Source of the DNA: a virus | Taxonomy: Duplodnaviria; Caudoviricetes | Length of the DNA: 64,000 bases | Strand: one strand, 5' to 3' | Virus record (IMG/VR): IMGVR_UViG_3300033069_000781 | Span: 1-64,000 of that record | In this document: in pieces, positions 1-7,812 of the stretch | Numbering within the stretch: position 1 is the first letter of the stretch | Layout: every line of letters starts with the position of its first letter | Translations under genes and position numbers: made by a program | Notes under the pieces: generated by a model | What the model was told of the DNA's origin: nothing | What the model saw: only the letters and a program-made list of their open reading frames with translations | Database searches by the model: none

Positions 1-2
1 TT

Positions 3-932
3 TTGGGTGAAAGAGGTAAAGGTGGATCACAAGACGGTAAATACACAGCCCGTGAGTATCGTAGACGATATAAGTATAAACTGAAGACTGATCCAGAGGA
101 AATCAGAGGTATGCTTGATACTAAGGTCTCCATGAATGGAACTCATGATACCTATAGTGATAGTAAGCACTCCAAAATCAATACCAATCCACTGGAGAGG
201 TATCTGAGGTCCAGGGTTGGTGATGACTGGGATCAGGTCTACTCGGACATCAAAGAGAAAACCAAGAATTACTGGGCCGGTGGGTATAGCTGCAACGGTA
301 CCATCGATGATCTCATGCGTAGGTTTCTAATTACAGATACCTACATGGAGGGTGATGTCTTAATGTCCCTAGATTACTTGGGAAGGCCCTGTAATATCTG
401 GAAGTGCTACTGGGGACCATTCTACGTTGATCCCAGAGATAAGACCTTACAAGTACTACCTACTAAGGCTAAATGGTGGAGATATAGACATAAATTAGAA
501 CCAAATAAAGATAGGTATATGGATAGCAATAATCCTCTAGTCCAATACCACAAAATTAGCGGACAATGGTATGAGATTAAACTCCGTGATTCAACCCAGG
601 ATGAGACAGAGAGACGCCAATTTGGAGCCTACGTAAAAGAGTGTGGTAGAGAACAAGTCTGGAGTGAAATCTACGGTAGCCAAATAGTTAATTCTATTCT
701 ATGGAGCCAGGGTAAGATACCACGTGGCTGCTCAGTACTCACGATGAATGAAAATCTATGGTTACATTGCCATAAACTATTCAAGCCTGCCTACTGGGAC
801 ATAGGCCCAAAATACTCCACAAAGGATAAGGATTCCAGGCCTAATCTATTTCCACTTAGTAAGCGGCAACCCTCAACCAAAGAGACCAGGCAGGTTCTCA
901 AGTTAATCGAAGAAAGGGATAAAGATGACTGA
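3..932 (+). CDS. hypothetical protein (may be 5'-truncated by the window edge)
   Basis: 309-aa ORF that overlaps the next start; no recognised motif. Confidence 0.7.
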   Translation: MGERGKGGSQDGKYTAREYRRRYKYKLKTDPEEIRGMLDTKVSMNGTHDTYSDSKHSKINTNPLERYLRSRVGDDWDQVYSDIKEKTKNYWAGGYSCNGTIDDLMRRFLITDTYMEGDVLMSLDYLGRPCNIWKCYWGPFYVDPRDKTLQVLPTKAKWWRYRHKLEPNKDRYMDSNNPLVQYHKISGQWYEIKLRDSTQDETERRQFGAYVKECGREQVWSEIYGSQIVNSILWSQGKIPRGCSVLTMNENLWLHCHKLFKPAYWDIGPKYSTKDKDSRPNLFPLSKRQPSTKETRQVLKLIEERDKDD

Positions 933-1551
933 TGCAATTATTGAAACTCCGACTCAAAAGCGAATCCGTGAAGCAAATGAAGACTTTGAGCGAATGACCC
1001 CAGATGAGCGTAGAGTGGCAATCGCCAAGGATGCTAAGCAGCAGATCTTAGCTTATAAATATCTGGCACGATGCGGTATCTATTGTGAGATGGCAATTCC
1101 TGGATTGATTAATTACAGTAAGGAAGCTAGAGAGCGTGAATTATTTGAAGTAATTGATGATGCACCAACTCACGGTTGCGTAGTCTGCGCCAGGGGTGCA
1201 TTATTCCTGTCTGCGTGCTCTCAATTTAATAACTTCAAAGTAGACGATATTACGTGGTGGACGCCGACTAATGTTGATAACCCTGACTCAACTGAAATCG
1301 GTATCCGTGAGTCCACTCTGGTGCCAGTTGAGGCCCGCTTCTTCACTCCATTACAGATCGGTAAGATTGAGGCTATGTTTGAGGTATCAGGGTTTTGCCG
1401 ATCTAGGGCTATACTAGATACTCAAACATTAACAGCTTGCTATAAGTACGGTAAAAGCTTAGACTCTCCAACTAAACGACTCATAGAGATCTGCGATAAC
1501 TTTATCAGAAATGAAGGCGACTTTGTGGTTCCTGCGGAATTTTTGGAGTAA
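925..1551 (+). CDS. hypothetical phage protein, paralog of 13453-14058
   Basis: Shares RVA.AKD, YC, C.VCA.G..F, IE..FE and NEG.F motifs with the ORF at 13453. Confidence 0.8.
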   Translation: MTDAIIETPTQKRIREANEDFERMTPDERRVAIAKDAKQQILAYKYLARCGIYCEMAIPGLINYSKEARERELFEVIDDAPTHGCVVCARGALFLSACSQFNNFKVDDITWWTPTNVDNPDSTEIGIRESTLVPVEARFFTPLQIGKIEAMFEVSGFCRSRAILDTQTLTACYKYGKSLDSPTKRLIEICDNFIRNEGDFVVPAEFLE

Positions 1552-1554
1552 ATA

Positions 1555-1767
1555 ATGGAAAGAATGACTGACCCGGAATTTACTGAGAAAGCTTATGAAT
1601 TACTGAAAGATCTGCCCGCACCTATACAGAGCGCCATTTCATATTGGGCCTACGAGCAAGGACATGCCTATGGAAATGAAAGTATTCTTGAGCATATCCA
1701 GGGCCTAAGTGAAGTAATTGAGAGTTTCAAATCTTACCTGGTAACTAAGGTAGTAATTAAACAGTGA
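1555..1767 (+). CDS. hypothetical protein
   Basis: GGAG RBS upstream; tightly packed with the previous gene. Confidence 0.7.
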   Translation: MERMTDPEFTEKAYELLKDLPAPIQSAISYWAYEQGHAYGNESILEHIQGLSEVIESFKSYLVTKVVIKQ

Positions 1768-1803
1768 TAATTGAATAATTTGGTATAATCAGTACTAGAT
1801 AGA

Positions 1804-1875
1804 TAGGTGATGGTGTAATTGGTAGCATTGGACGTTGTGATCGTCCGGGTACGAATTCGACTTTCGATCACCTGA
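1804..1875 (+). tRNA. tRNA-His(GTG)
   Basis: Acceptor TAGGTGA/TCACCTG; D arm GTGT..GCAT; anticodon arm GGACG-TTGTGAT-CGTCC; T loop TTCGACT; no encoded CCA. Confidence 0.85.
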
Positions 1876-1881
1876 TTTATA

Positions 1882-2229
1882 GGGGGCCATCTGGAATCGA
1901 TTCATAGTGTAGAAGGATAAGTGCGAGCCGAGTAATGCAAATTGAACTCGTTAATAACTATAGGCAAAACCTAATTGCTGACAATAGCAATCTCCGTATG
2001 GCGGCCTAAAAACCCCTCGGCTAAGTCCCCTAGACTCCAATATGGGGTGACTTAGAAGCATTGGATATATCTAAGGAACTTTGATTAGTTAGTCCTTAGA
2101 TGAACACAGAACTAGTTGCTGGTGGGTAAAGTGCTGATCGATAAACCACCCCAAGACATAGATCAGATACGCTCGTAGTACTTGCCAACGAAACTGATGA
2201 ACACGAGGGTTCAAATCCCTCGGCCTCCA
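1882..2229 (+). ncRNA. ssrA: tmRNA (transfer-messenger RNA); tag reading frame 1977-2009 encodes ADNSNLRMAA*
   Basis: 5' GGGGGCC pairs with 3' GGCCTCC-A, giving the G3:U70 alanine determinant; T arm GAGGG-TTCAAAT-CCCTC; tag ends in AA before TAA; about 350 nt. Confidence 0.93.
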
Positions 2230-2254
2230 TTGACAGAGTTCTTGCTGTTGGGAA

Positions 2255-2290
2255 CGAGCTTTATCTGGGTAATTCCGGATAGAGCTTTTT
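2255..2290 (+). terminator. intrinsic terminator after the tmRNA
   Basis: GCTTTATCTGG..CCGGATAGAGC hairpin followed by TTTTT. Confidence 0.7.
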
Positions 2291-2316
2291 GAATTAAACA
2301 ACCAAAGGAGCCATAT

Positions 2317-2610
2317 ATGCTGATGATGTGTACCAGGTATACTAGGGTGGATGATGTCGGGGTTCGGCTTGGGTATGGTGATTTATGCTTGGCTGAAGTC
2401 TTCGCCATAGATGAGATGACCAATGGTAAGAACTCAGTAAAGGTGCCATGTGTATTCATTGAGTACTTTGAGGGCGATAGAGCCAAGGTTCTAATTGAGA
2501 TGGGTAACTCTAAGTTAACCGTTATCTCAAAGAAGTATCTATGGGTAAATGAAGGCACCTTTAGGTATAAGGCCCCCAAGGCAAAGAAGGCCAAAGAGGT
2601 AGCTAAATAA
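2317..2610 (+). CDS. hypothetical protein
   Basis: AAGGAG RBS upstream. Confidence 0.7.
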   Translation: MLMMCTRYTRVDDVGVRLGYGDLCLAEVFAIDEMTNGKNSVKVPCVFIEYFEGDRAKVLIEMGNSKLTVISKKYLWVNEGTFRYKAPKAKKAKEVAK

Positions 2611-2690
2611 ACGTCAAATATGTGTCATATTATAGTGCTAAGCATTAGCTCTCTTGTTGAGTGCTAATATTGGCATAAAGGGTTACAGTC

Positions 2691-2924
2691 ATGACCAGCT
2701 CCAAGCGTATCGTTGTCTGTTCGTTCGCGGTCCTGGCGATCATCGCCTTTGGGACTGGTTGCCACAGTTGTGGGCAGCAGGCCCAACTGACCGCCGATAG
2801 AAAGGCCGTGCAGGCCTGGAAGGCGCATCAGTTTGCGTTGGAGTTTGCGAAAATCCGCGAACGCGATGTGAAAGCCAATCAGGAAGTCATTATGATTTCC
2901 GACCGCGCAAGCGGGATCAAGTAA
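2691..2924 (+). CDS. small membrane or secreted protein
   Basis: N-terminal hydrophobic segment; followed by a terminator. Confidence 0.6.
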   Translation: MTSSKRIVVCSFAVLAIIAFGTGCHSCGQQAQLTADRKAVQAWKAHQFALEFAKIRERDVKANQEVIMISDRASGIK

Positions 2925-2942
2925 ACCCATCAAACGGGTCTC

Positions 2943-2976
2943 AACAATTCCTCGCTTAATTGTGAGGGGTTGTTTT
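2943..2976 (+). terminator. intrinsic terminator
   Basis: AACAATTCCTCGC-TTAATT-GTGAGGGGTTGTT hairpin followed by TT. Confidence 0.6.
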
Positions 2977-3025
2977 ATAGGGTTATAGTGATAGTCAGTA
3001 GTAGTCCACATAAAGGAATAAAGAG

Positions 3026-3244
3026 ATGACTACGATTCACTCAGCTTTCGCTTGGGATCAAGCCTGCAGGGCGCAGCTCAAGAGGGATGCAGCTGCAAAG
3101 GCGGGTCGGGTGGAGGTGGCGGTGGAAAAGAAGAGGAGGGAAAGGAAGAAGTTTGCCACTCCCCCCTCCACCTTGTTCCATGAAGCGCCGGAGTTCTGGG
3201 ACAGGATCTATAAGGCACTGATCCAGATGCGTCACGGAGCTTAG
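3026..3244 (+). CDS. hypothetical basic protein
   Basis: AAGGA RBS upstream. Confidence 0.65.
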   Translation: MTTIHSAFAWDQACRAQLKRDAAAKAGRVEVAVEKKRRERKKFATPPSTLFHEAPEFWDRIYKALIQMRHGA

Positions 3245-3480
3245 TCATAGGATTCATGTTGAAGTCCTCGCGTCGGGACTCTACTCAATAAAATGAGTAT
3301 GTGAATGGGAATGGTACACCTTTTGCGAAAGGTGTAATTGTCCATGAGCCCAAGGCGCACAGTTAATCCGGGGCGACTGTGAAGTACGCGGAGCGTTCGC
3401 AACAGAGTCGATGGTTGCGGGCAGTTGTGACTAGCACGTTATACCAGAAATGGTATAACGGGGCTTTGTGTAAATGACTA
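3245..3480 (+). ncRNA. structured ncRNA containing copy 1 of a repeated pseudoknot motif (3364-3432)
   Basis: ORF-free on +; several hairpins (TACACCTTT/AAAGGTGTA, CGTTATACCA-GAAA-TGGTATAACG); motif shared with 7190-7257. Confidence 0.6.
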
Positions 3481-3512
3481 AAGATGCTTCCTGACACAAA
3501 GGAACCAACGGT

Positions 3513-3743
3513 ATGATTAGAGACCCCGAATATAACAGAGGCTATAACGATGGCCTCCAAGGCAAGGAGTTCAAAGAGGCAGATTATGGTGGTCCCTACG
3601 GGATCGGCTATAGGGTCGGTAATACTGGGCTTGATTACATGAAGTATCAAAGCAAAAGCTGGACTGATGGGGAGCGCAAAGCCTACGCAAATGGCTACTC
3701 ACTGGGAGTACAGCATAAAAATCAGGGACGATTGTTAACGTAA
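3513..3743 (+). CDS. hypothetical protein with repeated Y..GY..G motifs
   Basis: AAGGAA RBS; YNRGYNDG, YGIGYRVG and YANGYSLG repeats. Confidence 0.7.
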   Translation: MIRDPEYNRGYNDGLQGKEFKEADYGGPYGIGYRVGNTGLDYMKYQSKSWTDGERKAYANGYSLGVQHKNQGRLLT

Positions 3744-3760
3744 AGCATAGAGGAGTCTAA

Positions 3761-4009
3761 ATGAAGATGGCACGTAGTGGTTTCACGTTACTAGAAGCGC
3801 TAATTGTTTGGGTAATAGTTGGTGCAGTATGGTGTGGCCTAGCGGCCCTATTAGCCCTATGGACTCAATGTGAGCTAGAGTTCTGGGTATCATACGTCAA
3901 AGGGGTTCCAAGTACTGTTCCGTTCTGGAAGGCTTGGGTGTGCTCTTTGCTTATCCCACCCTGTTTAGCTGCTAATATCATTTCGGAAATAGTGAGACTT
4001 TTCGTATGA
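3761..4009 (+). CDS. small membrane protein with a prepilin-type (class III) N-terminal cleavage motif
   Basis: RSG|FTLLEALIV followed by a hydrophobic helix; GAGGAG RBS. Confidence 0.7.
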   Translation: MKMARSGFTLLEALIVWVIVGAVWCGLAALLALWTQCELEFWVSYVKGVPSTVPFWKAWVCSLLIPPCLAANIISEIVRLFV

Positions 4010-4296
4010 TGCAATGGTTGTCATGGTCCAAAAAGAAAGCTAAACCTATGGAGCCCACACCCACAAAGATAATCCATTCACTACTTACTATGCAGGATGA
4101 TATTAATGATGGCGAAATTACCTTAGATCTATCTCAGGTAAGAGCTGTTACTCGAATAGGTAAGGATATCTTTATAAGCTATATAGGACTTTTAACTTCT
4201 GATGAACCGACATTGATTCACAGTAGTAGAGAGGGAGCTTTAACTCGTCATCAAGAGATAGTAGCGGCTTGGTTGAAGTACAAAAATAGAAAGTAG
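4006..4296 (+). CDS. hypothetical protein
   Basis: ATGA overlap with the upstream gene. Confidence 0.65.
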   Translation: MMQWLSWSKKKAKPMEPTPTKIIHSLLTMQDDINDGEITLDLSQVRAVTRIGKDIFISYIGLLTSDEPTLIHSSREGALTRHQEIVAAWLKYKNRK

Positions 4297-4304
4297 AGAA
4301 CTAA

Positions 4305-4766
4305 ATGCCGTGGGATAGGGATAGAATTGCTTCGGGAGAAAGAATGAATCGAACAAACGCGGAAACAAATCGTATTTTAGCCAATATTGGCTGTACCATT
4401 ATTCTCTTAGTGATACTGATCCCGATCATCTTTGGGATCAGGGGCTGTGCCGCCGGAATCAACCCCACCTATGAAAAGGACATGACCGTAATTGGTATTG
4501 TGACCACTATAGGTGAGAAGGGTTACTTCTGGACCTGCAATGAAGGTCATTGCTATGTCGGAGCATACGCCGACAACATCAATACCCAAATGAATATGAA
4601 TGCCCACTCCTGGGATTTCTCGGTCCCGGACCCAGAAGTAGCCAAGAAGGTTAAAGCACTCTCGGGTAAGAGAGTTAAGATCACCTATAATAGATGGTTT
4701 AGTTCACCTATATCCCAGGATACGCCGTATACAGTAACAGGGATCGAAGAAGATAAAGGAAAATGA
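4305..4766 (+). CDS. membrane-anchored hypothetical protein
   Basis: TM helix IILLVILIPIIFG; packed in an operon. Confidence 0.7.
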   Translation: MPWDRDRIASGERMNRTNAETNRILANIGCTIILLVILIPIIFGIRGCAAGINPTYEKDMTVIGIVTTIGEKGYFWTCNEGHCYVGAYADNINTQMNMNAHSWDFSVPDPEVAKKVKALSGKRVKITYNRWFSSPISQDTPYTVTGIEEDKGK

Positions 4767-4999
4767 AAGAAGAATCAGCCAAAGAAAGAAATAAGTGGGT
4801 ATTAGATCAGGATATCGGTGAATGTTTTACACGCGAAGACTTCAAACAGTACTGCATCGATAACTGGTTCATAGATGATGATGGCTTTGGGTACTATCTG
4901 GACCAAGACTATGGTAGAACCCATATAGTGTGCAAACCGTCCGAAATAGCCAATGGAATCGAACATCCCTATCCCTATGTGGTATGGTACAATGAATAA
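4763..4999 (+). CDS. hypothetical protein, tandem paralog 1
   Basis: F.DDDGFGYY and YPYVVWYN motifs shared with the next ORF. Confidence 0.75.
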   Translation: MKEESAKERNKWVLDQDIGECFTREDFKQYCIDNWFIDDDGFGYYLDQDYGRTHIVCKPSEIANGIEHPYPYVVWYNE

Positions 5000-5230
5000 A
5001 TGAGTAACAAGAACTACAAAACAAGACCCGTAACCGATTACGGCGATGTCATGACAACCAAATCATTCGTCAATGCCTGTATAGAGGGTGTATTCACTAA
5101 TGATGACGGGTATGGCTTCTATATGACTGATGCTAAAACCATGACCGATATCTACGTGGACTGCTATACCCCGAGACAACAGGAAGAACCAGTTCCTGAC
5201 TTTCCATATGTGGTGTGGTACAATAAATAA
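5000..5230 (+). CDS. hypothetical protein, tandem paralog 2
   Basis: FTNDDGYGFY and FPYVVWYN motifs. Confidence 0.75.
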   Translation: MSNKNYKTRPVTDYGDVMTTKSFVNACIEGVFTNDDGYGFYMTDAKTMTDIYVDCYTPRQQEEPVPDFPYVVWYNK

Positions 5231-5241
5231 AGGAAATAGAA

Positions 5242-5451
5242 ATGCCTAATGTCATCAAGGTAGGAGACAAAGAGAAGCATGTTATGATACCTGATGATTA
5301 TGAGCTTGTAATTCGATCGGATCTAGAATACGTAAAGGAAGGGGATAAATTCCTTAATCTGTTCAACAACCGATGGGATGATGTGGAATCTGACGATATC
5401 GGCATGCCTACTTCTCAGTTTGATTTCTTGATTCGAAAAGTAAATAAGTGA
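5242..5451 (+). CDS. hypothetical protein
   Basis: AAGGAAATAGAAATG initiation motif. Confidence 0.75.
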   Translation: MPNVIKVGDKEKHVMIPDDYELVIRSDLEYVKEGDKFLNLFNNRWDDVESDDIGMPTSQFDFLIRKVNK

Positions 5452-5455
5452 AATA

Positions 5456-5629
5456 GCCAGTGTAGCTCAAGAGGAAGAAGTGGTTCCATGGAAGCCACAA
5501 GAGCAAGTGAGAGCTGGATTAGAAGAAGCCTAACTCGAAGGCTTAGGGATTCACAAGCGCAAGGTCCAAGAGTTGGAGTGGCGTTAAACCCAATCCACAA
5601 GGTTGCATGTTCGAATCGTGCCAGTGGTG
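5456..5629 (+). ncRNA. expanded tRNA-like RNA with no canonical anticodon arm
   Basis: Acceptor GCCAGTG/CAGTGGT; TA-GCTC..GAGC D stem; T arm GCATG-TTCGAAT-CGTGC; about 100 extra nt in the D loop and anticodon position. Confidence 0.65.
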
Positions 5630-5654
5630 TTTGGTTTAAATAAAGGAAATAGAA

Positions 5655-5816
5655 ATGAAACATGAATTCTTTACCACAACTGATCTTGAAGAAAAAGGAA
5701 AGTCTGAGTATATCCTCGTTAAACAGATCACTAAGCGATCTATGTTGTGTCGGAACTCAAAAACTGGCGAACAAAGAATCTTCCTGAGTAATGGATGGGT
5801 TATCACATCTAAGTAG
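5655..5816 (+). CDS. small hypothetical protein (53 aa, not in the ORF track)
   Basis: AAGGAAATAGAAATG initiation motif; translates MKHEFFTTTDLEEKGK...ITSK*. Confidence 0.6.
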   Translation: MKHEFFTTTDLEEKGKSEYILVKQITKRSMLCRNSKTGEQRIFLSNGWVITSK

Positions 5817-5866
5817 CAATTACTTGTTGTAATTGCTGATTGTTTGAGTTTAAAGGAGTTAAAGTA

Positions 5867-6547
5867 ATGCGAATTCGAAATGTAATCGCGCTTGTTATGG
5901 GTCTCTGTCTCGGTTCAGTTCTGGCCATTGCACAGCCCATTGCGGGTCTCAGTAAGATCTCGGAGAATGAGGCGGACCCATGTGCCAATATTGGTACGCC
6001 CAGCAATCCCTATACAATGGGAAATTGCTGGAACTGCTACACCTCGAAGATCAAGGACTGCGATAGGCAGTTCGGTGAACCCGCTGCGAGACAGGCCTGC
6101 TATACCGGGGCTACCTCTCTGCTGACCTTCTGTCTTAATCAGACCGTTCCAGCGAATCCATCGACCCCAAAACCCAAGGGCCATGTGGCGCTTACTGGAC
6201 AAGCACTGACCTATCAAGTTCAGTTTGAGTATGAAGTACTCCCAGGAACCATCCATGTCCTCAGGGCCCAAACGGGTCGTGAGGTTCCGGCTCATGTTTG
6301 GTACAACGGAAACGAAATCACCGTTACCGTTGATGAGGAGAATCTGCCCGGAACTCCTGGAATCGATTTCGGCTTGATTACTGCTGTGAGTAACGGACAG
6401 GGATTTATTGGAGCCGAGGCCTGGACTTACAGGACCTATTCACCAGCGGATCTCGATCTGAATGGGGTTGTTGATATGTCGGATCTGGTCATTGCGATGG
6501 ATTCAGACATCAACTTCGAGGCCTTCTTCGATGAGTTCGTGAGGTAA
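5867..6547 (+). CDS. secreted Cys-rich protein with a C-terminal dockerin/EF-hand-like domain
   Basis: AAGGAG RBS before ATG 5867; signal peptide; C-terminal PADLDLNGVVDMSDL...NFEAFFDEF. Confidence 0.7.
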   Translation: MRIRNVIALVMGLCLGSVLAIAQPIAGLSKISENEADPCANIGTPSNPYTMGNCWNCYTSKIKDCDRQFGEPAARQACYTGATSLLTFCLNQTVPANPSTPKPKGHVALTGQALTYQVQFEYEVLPGTIHVLRAQTGREVPAHVWYNGNEITVTVDEENLPGTPGIDFGLITAVSNGQGFIGAEAWTYRTYSPADLDLNGVVDMSDLVIAMDSDINFEAFFDEFVR

Positions 6548-6624
6548 GGTTAGATAGAAGGATTACAGCACATGTAGGCTGCGTTGATGCTATAAAAATC
6601 CTATAGTGAGCAGCTTACTTTGAT

Positions 6625-6709
6625 GGGGTCGTCGTTTAGCCTGGCCAATAACAGAGCACTCATAATGCTCCGGAGCAATCCATCGTAGGTTCAAATCCTA
6701 CCGGCCCCA
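6625..6709 (+). tRNA. tRNA(CAT), Met or lysidine-Ile2, with an extended variable arm
   Basis: Acceptor GGGGTCG/CGGCCCC-A; anticodon arm GAGCA-CTCATAA-TGCTC; variable hairpin GGA-GCAA-TCC; T arm GTAGG-TTCAAAT-CCTAC. Confidence 0.85.
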
Positions 6710-6832
6710 TTTGCAGTTTATGGTTATGTAACTCAGAGTGACAGTTTAGACACATTGAATAAGCCTCCTCCCCTTCATGAACTTTGTGATTCATAAATGA
6801 AGGCACTAGTCTAGAATCACGACAAGACACGC

Positions 6833-6870
6833 ACCCATCTCTTGGTTTTATTACCGAGAGATGGGTTTTG
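6833..6870 (+). terminator. intrinsic terminator
   Basis: ACCCATCTCTTGGT..ACCGAGAGATGGGT hairpin followed by TTTG. Confidence 0.65.
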
Positions 6871-6906
6871 TTTGATTCATATAAACCAATTAAAGGAGAA
6901 ATAGAA

Positions 6907-7146
6907 ATGAAGATAACTGTTGAAGCCTTAACAACTGCGCAGAGGCATTTGATCTTAAATGCAGCTTTGAAGGACAGTACCTTTAGAGCTGATGCCAATT
7001 ATGGGCTACTTAACCATTTTGGTCAAGAGGCCTTCAAGAACGCTCAATTCGGACTGAAGATGGCTGGACTCATGAATGCAGACTACTCATTGACCACAAA
7101 GGGCAATGAATTGTTCAATAAATTAAGGGACGCAGAGGGCAGATAA
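6907..7146 (+). CDS. hypothetical protein
   Basis: AAGGAGAAATAGAAATG motif places the start at 6907 (MKITVE...). Confidence 0.7.
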   Translation: MKITVEALTTAQRHLILNAALKDSTFRADANYGLLNHFGQEAFKNAQFGLKMAGLMNADYSLTTKGNELFNKLRDAEGR

Positions 7147-7154
7147 AACGACAC

Positions 7155-7780
7155 ATAATTCGGTGAAGTAATTCACTGAGTTATGGAGGTAATCCGAGCG
7201 CCTTAACAAGTCTTGGAGCGCTTACAGCAGGGTCGATGGTTGTAGGCAGTAGCGACCACCTCCACTAGGGCCGAAAGGTCTTAGTCGAGTTTAGTCTCTT
7301 TATCTAGCGGACTCTAAATGAGCTAGATAACTCTACGTTGCCCATAGCGTAGGTTAAAGTCGGATTATCCACATGGGATATAGTCGGTACTAAGTATGCT
7401 CTGGTGTCGATTGAACTTAATACATGCTAAGACAGTACTGGGTATACTCAGTCAGTACTGGTAATACTTGGGCTGAGTTATTTTGATCGAGTCCGGGGTA
7501 CCTTTGATCAGGTATCTCGGATTTTCACAAGTCCACTTATCCGAAGGACTATAAAGAATAAGGATAGGCGATCCCAGGTAAATAACACGTATAGTAAACA
7601 TTTACCATATAACATTGTCGAACATGCCGCTCACGGGAAAGACACATCACCTACCCTGATGTAAATAATGGGTAACTGGGCCTGACAACCCTTTTAATCG
7701 CTTGGTCTGGGTCACGTAAGCTCCAGCTGTCTCTGGAAAAGTGGACCCAGTTTAATTGGTGGAGACATCAATACAAGTTT
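7155..7780 (+). ncRNA. block of structured ncRNA(s) including copy 2 of the pseudoknot motif (7184-7264)
   Basis: About 620 nt with no + ORF; near-continuous hairpins (CTAGGGCC-GAAA-GGTCTTAG, TTATCTAGC/GCTAGATAA, TCCGGGGTACCT/AGGTATCTCGGA+TTTT, CTGGGTCAC/GTGGACCCAG). Confidence 0.6.
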
Positions 7781-7812
7781 TGCCAATAATAAAACCATAA
7801 AGGAGCATAGAG

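Noticed and set aside
2089-2594. Minus-strand ORFs over the tmRNA and the next gene
   Set aside because: They are antisense to better-supported features.
3258-3282. HDV/theta-like ribozyme suggested by TCCTCGCG
   Set aside because: It folds as a simple AGTCC/GGACT hairpin, and I could not build the nested double pseudoknot.
6721-6745. tRNA-like 5' start GGTTATG-TA-ACTCAG after tRNA(CAT)
   Set aside because: No matching T arm or acceptor 3' strand was found.
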